NCBI GenBank assembly: GCA_965226045.1
Contig: CBDDBU010000021.1
Span: 1 to 64,000 of the forward strand
DNA from: Alphaproteobacteria bacterium
GTDB taxonomy: Bacteria > Pseudomonadota > Alphaproteobacteria > VGEJ01
Reading direction: 5' to 3'
Length of the DNA stretch: 64,000 nucleotides
The notes below the pieces were generated by a model. That model was not told the origin of the DNA, ran no database searches, and saw only the letters and a program-made list of their open reading frames with translations. The position numbers and the translations under genes are program-made. Position 1 is the stretch's first letter. Each line of letters opens with the position of its first letter. This document shows, piece by piece, positions 29,536-39,482 of the stretch.

Positions 29536-30621
29536 CTATCGATCGAGCAACACGCCCGCCTCGGCCGGCCAACAGATCGTCTCCGGTTCGCCCATCTCGT
29601 AGAGGCGATCCGAGATGTTGCGGTGCTGCTCCACGCGCACGAACAGGCCGGATGAGATTTCGAACACATCGGTTTCCAGCGAGCCCCTGAACTCGGTGGT
29701 GATGTAGCGGCCCTCGACCCGATTGGCCATCCCCGGTTGCTCGCCGGTATGCATGGAATCGGCCCGGACCGAGAAAGACGCCTCCTCGCCGACGCGCACG
29801 CGACGGACGCGCTCAGGCACCCGGACATAGAACAAATTGTCGGCGGATTCGACGAACACCATCGAGCCGCTGCGCGATTTGATGGTGCCGTTGAGCAGGT
29901 TGTTGTTGCCGATGAACTCGGCCACGAACTTGGTGCGCGGATCGTTGTAGATCTCGCGCGATGTGCCCGTCTGCTGGATCACCGCGTCGCTCATGACGAT
30001 GACCTTGTCGGCCATCGACATCGCCTCCTCCTGGGAATGGGTGACCATGATGAAGGTGATGCCGAGTTCGCGCTGAATCTTTTTGAGCTCGACGATCATG
30101 GATTGGCGCAGGTTGTAGTCGAGCGAACCCAGCGGCTCGTCCAGCAACAACACCGTGGGTCTACTGATCAATGCTCTGGCCAACGCCACACGCTGCTGCT
30201 GTCCGCCGCTGAGATCGCTCGGCCGCCGGCCGGCCAATTCGGTCAGCCCGACCATCTCCAGCATATCCGCCACCCGCCCGGCTCGTTCCTCCTTGGACCG
30301 CCCCTGCATCTTGAGGCTGAATTCGACGTTCGCCGCGACGGTGCGGTGAGGGAACAGCGCGAAGCTCTGGAACATCATCGAGGTGTCGCGCTGGGACGGG
30401 GGGAGGTCGGTCACGTCCCGTCCCGCGACATGAATCGTGCCGGAGGTGACCTCGTCCAGGCCGCCGATCATCCGCAACGTCGTCGTCTTGCCGCAGCCGC
30501 TGGGGCCGAGCAGGGCCACCAACTCTCCGTGCTCGATCTCGGCATCGAAATCGATCACGGCCCGGACGCCGCCAGCGAAGGTCTTGTTGACCTGGCGCAA
30601 GACAACGTCGTACTCGGGCAT
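29536..30621 (-). CDS. ABC transporter ATP-binding protein (PotA-like, C-terminal TOBE domain)
   Basis: 361 aa. Walker A GPSGCGKTT, signature LSGGQQQRVALARAL, Walker B LLLDEP. Confidence 0.85.
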   Translation of the reverse strand: MPEYDVVLRQVNKTFAGGVRAVIDFDAEIEHGELVALLGPSGCGKTTTLRMIGGLDEVTSGTIHVAGRDVTDLPPSQRDTSMMFQSFALFPHRTVAANVEFSLKMQGRSKEERAGRVADMLEMVGLTELAGRRPSDLSGGQQQRVALARALISRPTVLLLDEPLGSLDYNLRQSMIVELKKIQRELGITFIMVTHSQEEAMSMADKVIVMSDAVIQQTGTSREIYNDPRTKFVAEFIGNNNLLNGTIKSRSGSMVFVESADNLFYVRVPERVRRVRVGEEASFSVRADSMHTGEQPGMANRVEGRYITTEFRGSLETDVFEISSGLFVRVEQHRNISDRLYEMGEPETICWPAEAGVLLDR

Positions 30622-30646
30622 GTGGCGCCCCCAGCCGGTCCACAGC

Positions 30647-33064
30647 CTAAGTCGTGGCCCGCGCCATGGCCTCTATCAGGCTCCAGACATTCTCGAAGGT
30701 GACGTCTGCGAACTCGCCCCGCTCGCTTAGGTCCCTCAAAAGACGCACCGCCTGAACCATCGCTTCGTCGGCGCCCGCGGCGTCTGTCAATATCGTGACC
30801 GCCTCGGCCAGCGGAACCTCCCGTGCCTCGCGCGTGCCTAGGGTCTCGCCCACGAGCGCGGCGAGTTGCTCATAGGCGCGCCGAATCGACGCGGGGTCGT
30901 CGTCGGACCGACCAAAGACGCCGCGCACACCGTTGGCCGCGAAGCGACGGCGCAGGCCCTCGGGCATCGACTGTGCGAGCCCCTCCAAGACCTCGCCGAG
31001 GCCGAAGCCGGTGGTGAACATGCCGCGGACGGTGTCCATGGTGCCGTCGCCGCCGCCGTACATGCGGATTTGGGCGTTCTGTAAGGCGTTACCCATGGCC
31101 TTGGCCTGGTCGATATGGACGTCGCGCTCGGCCTCGATATAGAGTTTCGAGAGTTCCAGGAAAGTAGCCGCCTCGTTGTATTTCTTGAGCGCCACCGCCT
31201 TGGCCTCTAGTCCGGTGGCCTCGGCCGCCAGCCGTCGTTGATCGTTCGCGACCCGAAGCGCATCAACCTCCATTTCCGCGCGGCCCGCAGCGCCCGCTTC
31301 ACGCTCGATGCCTTCGGCGCTGATCTTCTGGGCATCGCTGAGGGCGTGCGCCCGGACCCGCGTCGCCTCCGCCTCGAGCGCCGCCGCCTGGCGCCGGGCC
31401 TCGGCCTGGCTCACCATGTGCATGCTCGTGATTTCGGCTTTTCTCTCCTCTTCGATGCCCTGCCGCTCGGCCAGCTTCTCCGCATCGATGCGCTCGATCT
31501 CCTTGTCGCGCACGGCATTCGCTAGGGGGCGCACCGACTCCATGTCGTGCTCGGCGCGCTCGCGCTCGGCCGTGGTCTCAAGGCGCTTGGCCGCGACCTC
31601 TTCAAGCTCGCGGGTCTTCTCGACCAACACGATCTCGCGATCGCGCTCCTCCACCTCGCGCGCTAGAAAGCGATGAATGTCGACCCTCTCGCGCTCTTGT
31701 TCCTTGGCGATGAGCGCGATCTCGCGCTCCCGCTGCTCGAGTTCGACCGCCAGGATCTGGCGCAACTCGGCGCGGCGCAACGCCTCCTCCTTAGCGATCT
31801 CCTCGGCCTGAACCTCCCAGCGCTGCTGCAGCACATACCGCTGCTGCTCGCTCAAAATCCGCGCCTTTTCGTTGGAAATCTCCTGCTCCTGGCGGGCCGC
31901 CGCCACGGCCTCTTCCTTGTCGGTATCCAGCGTCGCGAGCTTGGTCGCGAGCTGACGCTGATGCATCGCCAGCGTCACCGTTTCGGTCGCCTTGTGGCGC
32001 TGGTTGCGCGCCTCCTCCTCGTCGGTGGCGATAGCGGTGGCCCGCTTGATCTCCGCCAGTTCCCGCTCTTTTTCCTTCTCGATGAGCGTGATTTCCTTGT
32101 CCTTGCGCTCCTGCTCCAAGGCCAGAGATCGATGAATTTCGCTGGCCTCGCGTTTCTGCGCCTCTTCCGTGAGAGATACCTCCCGCTCGGTCCGCTGACG
32201 CTCGAGCGCCACCTCGTTGGTGAGTTCCTGCTCCTCGACGGCGCGTCGCTGGTTGAGTACGAAGATCTGCTTCTCGCGGACGTGGAGGGCTTGGTCGTTC
32301 GAGACCGACTTGTCCTGATCGGCGCGCGCGAAGGCTTCCTGCCGCTCGATCTCGAGCAGCTCAAGCTGGGTGTCCAATTCTTTCTGGCGAATGGCGACCG
32401 AGGTCCGCTTCTCGGTATCGTGCACCACCCGGCGCGCGTTGGACGTGATCTCGGTGATGATCTTGAGACCCTCGGCGTCGAACACGTTCTCGGCCTTGAA
32501 GTACTCCTTGCCCGTCTGTTCAAGGGTGACGATCGTGACCTCTTCGAGGACCAGGCCATTGGCGCTGAAGCCTTCGACCGCATTGGCCTTGATCGCCTGG
32601 GCGAAGATGTCGCGGTTCTCATGCAGCTCGCTCAGGGTTTTGGTGGCGGCGTAGCTGCGTAACGCGCTGACTACCTTGGCCTCGAGCAGGTTGCGGATCT
32701 GCTCGGCATCGAAGGTTTTGTCGCCGAGGCTGCGGCTTGCCGTCAGCAGATGGTCGACGGTGTGGCCGACGTGGGTGTAGAGCTCGGCGACGACATCGAC
32801 GCGAATCTTGTCGGCCGTCAGGATCGCCTGATCGCGCGATCGGCTGACGATCAGCTTGATCGTCTCAAGCGATACCCAGGTGATCTCGTGGAAGACGGGG
32901 AGAACGATCACGCCCTGGCCTAGGCACACCTTCGTGCCCAGAAAGCCGGTGCGGATGAACCCCATGTTGGCGGGGGCTCGTTTGTAGACCCAGATCGAGA
33001 GGATATAGATGATCGCGGCAACAATGATCGCGATGACAAAAACAATGATCACATTTTCGACCAT
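30647..33064 (-). CDS. Flotillin-family protein (SPFH/Band-7 domain plus very long E/A/R-rich coiled coil), YqiK-like
   Basis: 805 aa. N-terminal TM helix and SPFH domain (GFIRTGFLGTKVCLGQGVIVLPVFHEI ...), then ~450 aa of heptad-like EA-repeat coiled coil and a C-terminal flotillin-type tail. Confidence 0.75.
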   Translation of the reverse strand: MVENVIIVFVIAIIVAAIIYILSIWVYKRAPANMGFIRTGFLGTKVCLGQGVIVLPVFHEITWVSLETIKLIVSRSRDQAILTADKIRVDVVAELYTHVGHTVDHLLTASRSLGDKTFDAEQIRNLLEAKVVSALRSYAATKTLSELHENRDIFAQAIKANAVEGFSANGLVLEEVTIVTLEQTGKEYFKAENVFDAEGLKIITEITSNARRVVHDTEKRTSVAIRQKELDTQLELLEIERQEAFARADQDKSVSNDQALHVREKQIFVLNQRRAVEEQELTNEVALERQRTEREVSLTEEAQKREASEIHRSLALEQERKDKEITLIEKEKERELAEIKRATAIATDEEEARNQRHKATETVTLAMHQRQLATKLATLDTDKEEAVAAARQEQEISNEKARILSEQQRYVLQQRWEVQAEEIAKEEALRRAELRQILAVELEQREREIALIAKEQERERVDIHRFLAREVEERDREIVLVEKTRELEEVAAKRLETTAERERAEHDMESVRPLANAVRDKEIERIDAEKLAERQGIEEERKAEITSMHMVSQAEARRQAAALEAEATRVRAHALSDAQKISAEGIEREAGAAGRAEMEVDALRVANDQRRLAAEATGLEAKAVALKKYNEAATFLELSKLYIEAERDVHIDQAKAMGNALQNAQIRMYGGGDGTMDTVRGMFTTGFGLGEVLEGLAQSMPEGLRRRFAANGVRGVFGRSDDDPASIRRAYEQLAALVGETLGTREAREVPLAEAVTILTDAAGADEAMVQAVRLLRDLSERGEFADVTFENVWSLIEAMARATT

Positions 33065-33143
33065 ACTCGCCGTCCTGGATTGTTCTTTGAGTTACGCTCC
33101 GACCTCTTTGAGGCCACCCCCCGCCCGCTTCAGCCGCGACATC

Positions 33144-35444
33144 TCAAACCCCCAGCCACGCCCCGTTCGCCGATCGACGCTCCCCGAAATCGAAGACCGG
33201 GAGGTCCTTGCGCTCGCGCTTTAGGTTCTTGCGTCGTTCTTGGGTCGCCCTCTGATCAACCTGCACAGGCGTGCCGACCACGACCACGCCATAGGCGTTG
33301 CTTGCCACGTCCGCTGTCATCAGCTTCCGCGCCACATCGTTGCGCACCCGCGACGGGTCGCGCTCCAGGGCGTCGCCCCAGCCCCCGCCGCCGGCGGTGC
33401 GAAAGACGATACGATCGCCGCGCCCGACTTTGACGTTGTCGATCTTCGAGGGCAGGGACTCGCGACCACCGTCGGCTCGCTCCAGCCATTTTGATGAGCA
33501 CGCGCCGGGCCTGCCGCCGAGAATCCCCCAGGGCTGGGTGAGGTGCCGATCATCGTGGATCGATATCTCGCCCGCCTCGAGAAGCAAGTAGACCTTCTCC
33601 ACGCCATTGCCCCCGCGATGCTTGCCGGCGCCACCGGTGTCGGCGACGCTGCCATAGCGCTCGATGATCATCGGATAGTAGCTCTCAAGGTACTCGGTGG
33701 GGATGTTCTCGAACAGCGGCCACCACGAGTGACCATCCAGGCCATCGCCGATCGGGCGACCGGGAATGCCGCCATAGAGAATCTCCATCAACTGGAAGCC
33801 GCGCCCATCGCGGTCCACGCCCGAGTAGAGGAAATGCGGGCTTGAGCCATAACCTGCGGCCGTCGCCATCTCGGGCGCATTGCGGCTAAGCGCGCCGCCC
33901 AGCACATCGAACTGCCGCGACAGGGCGTGGGTGCGACCGCCGAGCGCCGCCGGGAAGGTCGGGTGGACCAGCGAACCCTCCGGCATGGTGACGTGGATGA
34001 GGTCGTAGAAGCCATCGTTGAAGAGAATCTGGGGGTCGAACACCATGATCATGTAGACCCCGATGAACATCTTGAACATGCCCTCGTGGAGATAGAAGTT
34101 GATCGGCCCCGGCGATTGCGGCGCGGTGCCGGTCCAATCGAAGTAGGCGTGCTCGCCCTCGCGCCACACGGTGAGCTTCATCTTGAAGGGACCATTGCCG
34201 AGGCCGTCGTCGTCGACATAGTCCTCGAACGACTGCGGCTCCTCCGGCAAGTTCTGGACGATGAGTTGGCGCATGGCGCGGTTGGTCCGTTCCAGCAAGG
34301 CCTCGCAGGCCTGCCTGTAGGTCTCCTTGCCGAACCGCTCGCAAATCTCGATTACCCGTTTTTCGCCGGCCCGGCTGCCGGCGATGATTGCCATCAGGTC
34401 GCTGTAGTTCATTTCGGGCGTGCGCGTGTTGTTCATGATCAAGTCGATCGCCGACTTGTTGAGTTCTCCGCGCTCGTAGATCTTGATCGGCGGGATCTTC
34501 AGACCCTCGCCAAAAATCGAGGTAGCGGCGGTCGGCATGCTGCCTGGCACCGGGCCGCCGACATCCATCACGTGGCCGAACATCGAGCTGAAGCCGACCA
34601 TCTCCCCGTCGTGGAAGATCGGCACCAGCACCATCCAGTCATTGATGTGGCTGATCGCCCCGCCGCATTTGTAGGGATCGCTCTGTAGAATTACATCGCC
34701 GGGATAGAGTTCGAAGTTCTGGGCTGCCAGCATCTCCGTGACATAGGAGCCGAACTGGCCGACGATCATCCGGCCCTTGGCGTCGGTGATCATGGGGAAC
34801 TCGTCATGCTGCTCGCGAATGACCGGCGACATGGCCGAGCGAAACAGCACCGCGTCCATCTCGTGGCGGGCGTTGCGCAGCGCGTTCTCGACCAGATCCA
34901 GCGTGATCGTGTCGAGCCGCCCGCGCGACGCGCGCTCCGTGCGCGACGGCTCTGGCAGGGGCGAGGCCGCCCCGCGCCCACCGCTGCTAGACGGCTGAGG
35001 CGGCTCATCTTGTTCGCGGGCCGCCGCCCCGGAGCCGAACAATTCGGCGCAATGCGCCAGCGCGTCGGCGGTCGCGCGGCGCAGCGCCGCACCTTCGTCG
35101 CCGTTGACCCGGGCCGAGCCGAACTGCGATTTCGTCACGCCGTCAACCTCGAGTTTGCAGAGCACGGTGACCATACCGTTCTCGGTCTTACGATTGACCA
35201 CCTCCGAGGACCAGCCGGGGCCGAACCGGGCATTGAGCGACGCCCCCACATCGCCGTCGCGTTCAGCGCTCATGACGTCCACGCTCGCAGACGCCAAGTC
35301 CTCGCGCGTTGCGGGCCGATGAGTGACGCCGAGCAGGCCGAAGTCGCGCTTCTGAGCATCGAGAATCTTGTCGAACTGCTGCTTGTTCGTCTTCATCAGG
35401 TCGTCGAGCGACAGGCTTTGGAAACGCGGGTTCAGGTCCGACAT
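33144..35444 (-). CDS. Hydantoinase B / oxoprolinase-family subunit (HyuB-like) with ~175-aa N-terminal extension carrying Rad52/Sak-like motifs
   Basis: 766 aa. The HyuB core starts near LDTITLDLVENALRNARHEMDAVLFRS, with no in-frame start codon in front of it. The N-terminal extension contains NARFGPGWSSEVV and ALRRATADALAHCAELFG, resembling the Rad52/Sak N-domain motifs (FGY.GW...; EAVSDALKRCAKAFG). Starts 13 nt after the hyuA stop. Confidence 0.75.
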   Translation of the reverse strand: MSDLNPRFQSLSLDDLMKTNKQQFDKILDAQKRDFGLLGVTHRPATREDLASASVDVMSAERDGDVGASLNARFGPGWSSEVVNRKTENGMVTVLCKLEVDGVTKSQFGSARVNGDEGAALRRATADALAHCAELFGSGAAAREQDEPPQPSSSGGRGAASPLPEPSRTERASRGRLDTITLDLVENALRNARHEMDAVLFRSAMSPVIREQHDEFPMITDAKGRMIVGQFGSYVTEMLAAQNFELYPGDVILQSDPYKCGGAISHINDWMVLVPIFHDGEMVGFSSMFGHVMDVGGPVPGSMPTAATSIFGEGLKIPPIKIYERGELNKSAIDLIMNNTRTPEMNYSDLMAIIAGSRAGEKRVIEICERFGKETYRQACEALLERTNRAMRQLIVQNLPEEPQSFEDYVDDDGLGNGPFKMKLTVWREGEHAYFDWTGTAPQSPGPINFYLHEGMFKMFIGVYMIMVFDPQILFNDGFYDLIHVTMPEGSLVHPTFPAALGGRTHALSRQFDVLGGALSRNAPEMATAAGYGSSPHFLYSGVDRDGRGFQLMEILYGGIPGRPIGDGLDGHSWWPLFENIPTEYLESYYPMIIERYGSVADTGGAGKHRGGNGVEKVYLLLEAGEISIHDDRHLTQPWGILGGRPGACSSKWLERADGGRESLPSKIDNVKVGRGDRIVFRTAGGGGWGDALERDPSRVRNDVARKLMTADVASNAYGVVVVGTPVQVDQRATQERRKNLKRERKDLPVFDFGERRSANGAWLGV

Positions 35445-35457
35445 GCCTAGGTCCTCT

Positions 35458-37536
35458 TCACGGTCCGCTCGAGCCGCCCGATCGGGCGCCGCCCTGGGGG
35501 TAGATCAAGATGTTCAAGTACTCGTCGACGTCACCCACATGATCGGGATGAATGACGGTTGTCGTATCGTCTTGCAGGATCACCGCTGGGCCGAGCACAC
35601 GGTGGCCCGCGACCAGAAGGGTCCGATCGTAGATATTGGCGGTTAGGAAGTTGCCGTCGAAATAGACGCGATGCTGTTCGACCACGGCGGCGGACGCGTC
35701 CGGGCCGCCCTTCTCGAAGCTCGGGAAGCTAACCTTGGCCACTTGGCCGGTGCCGACCGCCCGCAGGTTAACGAGCTCGACGGGCGCATTCACCTTGAAG
35801 CCATAGAGACGCTCGTGGGCGGCGCCGAAGCGGCTTTCGATATCGCTCAGGCCACCGTTGCCGAGGGCGTCGGGATTGACGTCGAGGGAGAACTCGTAGC
35901 CTTGGCGGAAGTAGCGCACGTCGACTTGATAGTGCAGCTCCTGGCGCCCGTCGTCGATACCTTCTTCCTGCAGCCAAGCCCTCGCATCTCGTCCCAGTTC
36001 CGTCAGAATCTGATTCACCTGGGCCGCCCCGGCGTCCTCGATGTTGCGAATGAAGGTCCGGGCAAACTCGTTCTTGACATCAGAGTAGAGGAAACCGAGC
36101 GCCGACAGCACGCCCGGCGTCGGCGGGATGATGACTGGAAAGCAGTCGGCCAAGCGGCCCACGGCGTTGCCATGCAACGGGCCCGCGCCGCCAAACGCCA
36201 CCAGCACGAAGTCGCGCGGATCGAGCCCCTTTTGCACTGTCACCAGTCGCAAGGCGCCCAACATGTTCTCGTTGACGATGTCGAGAATACCCTGAGCGGC
36301 CGCGTGGACATCCAAACCGAGCGCGTCGCCGATCTTGGCGATGGCGGCCTCGGCCGCGCCGGCGTCGAGGGCCATCTCGCCGCCGAGCAGGCTGGGCGGT
36401 AGGTGGCCCAGCACCACGTTCGCGTCGGTCACCGTCGGCAATTCGCCGCCCCGGCCGTAACACGCCGGCCCCGGCACGGCGCCCGCGCTTTCCGGCCCCA
36501 CGCGCAACGCGCCGGTCATCGGCACATGGGCGATGGAGCCGCCGCCCGCGCCAACGCTGTGCACCTCGACCGAGGGCACCTTGACCGGATAGTAGCCGAG
36601 CGAGGTCTGCCGCGAGATGGTCGGCTTGCCCTCCTGGATCAACGACACGTCGGTGGACGTGCCGCCCATGTCGAAGCCGAGCGCTTGTGGGTATCCCGCC
36701 AGTGAGGCAATAAAAGCGGCGCCCGAAACTCCGCCCGCCGGCCCCGACAGCATAGTGAGTACCGGAAAATCGCTGGCCCTCTGGACGCTCATGAGTCCGC
36801 CGTCGGAGCGCACGATGTTGACGTGGGGAGAGAACTGAATCTCGCGCAATCGGTTCTCGATGCCGTGTAGATACCGGCGCACGCTGGGCCGCACATAGGC
36901 GTTCATCACCGCCACCAGCGTGCGCTCGTATTCGCGGAACTCGGGCAGGATTTCGGAGGACAACGAAACGGTCATGTCGGCGTCGAGCTCGCCCACGAGA
37001 TCCTTCAGCCGCTCTTCGTGGAGCGAATTGGCGTAGGAGTGGAGGAGCGAAACGGTGATCGCCTCGGCCCCCAGGTCGATCAGTTCGCGGATCGCTGCCC
37101 GCGCATGCTCCTCGTCCAGCGGCGTCATGATCTCGCCACGCGCGGTGACGCGCTCGCGAACGCCACGGGTCAACTCCAAGTCGGCCATCAGCTCGGGCTT
37201 GATCATGGTGATCCAGCCCGCCAACGGGCCCGGGGTCTGGGATCGCGCCAGGTGCAGAACTTGTTCGAAATTCTCGGTCACCAGAAGTCCGACCTTCGCG
37301 CCCTTGCCTTCCAAGACGATATTGGTCGAGACCGTTGTGCCGTGGAGAAGCGCCCGAATGTCCGCCGGCGCGACGCCCGATTCGGCGACGATCTTGTTGA
37401 TGCCGGTAAGTATACCGACCGATTGGTCGTGGGGGGTTGACGGCGTCTTCAGCAGGCGCAGGGCGCCGGTATTCTCGTCGAACAGCAGCAAGTCCGTAAA
37501 CGTGCCACCGACATCGACGCCGAGGCGGCGGCTCAT
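35458..37536 (-). CDS. Hydantoinase A / oxoprolinase-family subunit (HyuA-like; acetone-carboxylase beta-like)
   Basis: Start set at MSRRLGVDVGGTFTD (ASKHA-fold ATPase N-terminus). About 692 aa. Confidence 0.85.
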   Translation of the reverse strand: MSRRLGVDVGGTFTDLLLFDENTGALRLLKTPSTPHDQSVGILTGINKIVAESGVAPADIRALLHGTTVSTNIVLEGKGAKVGLLVTENFEQVLHLARSQTPGPLAGWITMIKPELMADLELTRGVRERVTARGEIMTPLDEEHARAAIRELIDLGAEAITVSLLHSYANSLHEERLKDLVGELDADMTVSLSSEILPEFREYERTLVAVMNAYVRPSVRRYLHGIENRLREIQFSPHVNIVRSDGGLMSVQRASDFPVLTMLSGPAGGVSGAAFIASLAGYPQALGFDMGGTSTDVSLIQEGKPTISRQTSLGYYPVKVPSVEVHSVGAGGGSIAHVPMTGALRVGPESAGAVPGPACYGRGGELPTVTDANVVLGHLPPSLLGGEMALDAGAAEAAIAKIGDALGLDVHAAAQGILDIVNENMLGALRLVTVQKGLDPRDFVLVAFGGAGPLHGNAVGRLADCFPVIIPPTPGVLSALGFLYSDVKNEFARTFIRNIEDAGAAQVNQILTELGRDARAWLQEEGIDDGRQELHYQVDVRYFRQGYEFSLDVNPDALGNGGLSDIESRFGAAHERLYGFKVNAPVELVNLRAVGTGQVAKVSFPSFEKGGPDASAAVVEQHRVYFDGNFLTANIYDRTLLVAGHRVLGPAVILQDDTTTVIHPDHVGDVDEYLNILIYPQGGARSGGSSGP

Positions 37537-37671
37537 GACCCCTTTAGTCCCCCGACCCAGCGGTGCGCACCTCGCTCGCGGCGCTCGGAACTCCCGCCTA
37601 AACTGGTTGTCGTCATCCCTGGCTTTGGTATATTGCCCAATGCCTCGCCGCTGCCCATACCCGCTCTGATC

Positions 37672-38199
37672 ATGGCACAAGAAACCGTTGGCCCGCGCAA
37701 ACCCCGATTCTTCATCGTTGGCGTGGGGATCATTATACTATTGGTGTTTCTCTATTTTTACCGACCATTTGAAGATTACTTTACACAAGGCATTCGGGAC
37801 GTTGATTCATCCAATATAGTTTTCTGGTCTGCTTCTCTGGTGGGCATACTCGCCTACATGATCTCTCATTGGCGGTCCTTCCGCCACAACATCTTTCGCG
37901 ATGTCACCAACCTCGACATCGAGACGCTGGTCTTCGACACGCTACAGATCGCCATCCTGGTCGCCGTCATCTTCTGCGCCGGCGCGATCCTGCAGGAAAT
38001 CGAGATGCTGGCCGAGCATCTGATCGAACGCGGAACCATCGTAGGGCCGGTGTTCGGCGGCGGACTGCTCTCGATCATACTTCTGTTTATTCTTGCGGTC
38101 GCGTTCTATCTCCTGCATCGCATGGTGCGCGGCTTTCGGGTGGGCTGGCGTCCCGGCCGGCCGCGGCCGAGATCGCGGTCGACCGCCCGCCTGCCCTAG
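37672..38199 (+). CDS. Small membrane protein, hypothetical (paralog of 24061..24525)
   Basis: Start set at [19 protein letters not shown] / FLFYYEPFEELF and HWRSFR / HWRAYR are conserved between the two paralogs. Confidence 0.5.
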   Translation: MAQETVGPRKPRFFIVGVGIIILLVFLYFYRPFEDYFTQGIRDVDSSNIVFWSASLVGILAYMISHWRSFRHNIFRDVTNLDIETLVFDTLQIAILVAVIFCAGAILQEIEMLAEHLIERGTIVGPVFGGGLLSIILLFILAVAFYLLHRMVRGFRVGWRPGRPRPRSRSTARLP

Positions 38200-39302
38200 C
38201 CGGCGGCGGCGGTCGACCGCGCGGGACCGCCGACGAACGGTTGGCGCTTGATGAAGTCGTCGGCGATCTCGTCGAAGGTGTGCCAGCGCACGCCGGAGTG
38301 GCTCGAGATGTACTCGATCATCCGCTCGATCATCAGCAACACCTGGGGCCGGCCCGAGATGTCGGGGTGGATGGTCAGGGTGAACACCGCGTAGTCCATC
38401 TCGCGGTAGACCCAGTCGAACTGATCGCGCCACCACTCCTCGATATCGCGCGGGTTCACCCAGCCGTGGCTGTTGGGCACGTTCTTCATGAACATCAGCG
38501 GCGGCAGGTCGTCGAGGTACCAGCTGGCCGGGATCTGCACGATCGGCACGGTGGTGCCGAGCTCCATCGGCTTCATCCAGGTGTGGGCCGGCTTGCCGTA
38601 GTCGATCAGCGTCCATGACTCGCCGACCCGGGTCCAGAACGGTGTGAAGTCGTTGTGCATCTGGCTGTGGTCGTACTTGATGCCGCGCTCGAGCAAGAGC
38701 TGTGGCGTCGCCAGGCTCATCTCCCACCACGGCGCGACGTTGCCGCTGGGCGTGCGGCCCGAGATTTTCTCGATCAGCTCGATGCCCTTGTCGAGGATCA
38801 CAGCCTCCTGGTCGGGCGTCATCTGCACCGGGTTCTCGTGGGTGTAGCCGTGCAGGCCAATCTCGTGCCCCTCGTCGGCCACCCGCGTCATGATGTCGGG
38901 CCAGGTCTCGATAGTATGACCGGGGATGAACCAACTGGTGCGCAGGTCCACGCGCTTCAGCATATCCAACATGCGCGGCGTGCCGATCTCGGCCGAAAAC
39001 ACGCCGCGGCCGATGTCGCTGGGCGAATCGCCACCGCCATAGGAGCCGATCTGCCCGGCCACCGCATCAACGTCGATGCCGATGGCGCACAGAATGTCCT
39101 TCTTGCCGCCGCCTGACGCCGAGCGTGCCGTCGCTCCCGCACTGGTCCCGGGCAGGCTCGATCCCGCGCCGGTTTCCCGCGCCGCGGCCGCCGACGCACC
39201 GATCGGACGCGGACTGTAGCGCGGCCCGATGCCGCCGCCGGGCGCCACGGCATCGGATCGCCCCGGATGTCCACGGAACCCAGAATCAGAACGATCGCTC
39301 AT
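38196..39302 (-). CDS. Polysaccharide-deacetylase-family (NodB-fold) amidohydrolase
   Basis: 368 aa. Deacetylase-type DVD and His motifs. The N-terminal ~60 aa is low-complexity, so the true start is uncertain. Confidence 0.65.
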   Translation of the reverse strand: MSDRSDSGFRGHPGRSDAVAPGGGIGPRYSPRPIGASAAAARETGAGSSLPGTSAGATARSASGGGKKDILCAIGIDVDAVAGQIGSYGGGDSPSDIGRGVFSAEIGTPRMLDMLKRVDLRTSWFIPGHTIETWPDIMTRVADEGHEIGLHGYTHENPVQMTPDQEAVILDKGIELIEKISGRTPSGNVAPWWEMSLATPQLLLERGIKYDHSQMHNDFTPFWTRVGESWTLIDYGKPAHTWMKPMELGTTVPIVQIPASWYLDDLPPLMFMKNVPNSHGWVNPRDIEEWWRDQFDWVYREMDYAVFTLTIHPDISGRPQVLLMIERMIEYISSHSGVRWHTFDEIADDFIKRQPFVGGPARSTAAAG

Positions 39303-39482
39303 GACGATACCCTTCCCTGCCGGTCAATTCATTTTCAGGCAAGCCGCACTCGGCTCGATCTCTCGTCTTCTGATACAACCCACTCCACGGCCGATCAACT
39401 GGGCCGCGTTGATCGGCCAGGGACCAGGCGCTATCGTGACGGGGCGCTATCGTCGTCAATGAGAGCTGGCTCGGAGGCCGAG

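Noticed and set aside
31673-32662. 329-aa plus-strand ORF inside the flotillin coiled-coil region
   Set aside because: Leucine/arginine-rich shadow of the E/A/R-rich coiled-coil codons on the opposite strand.
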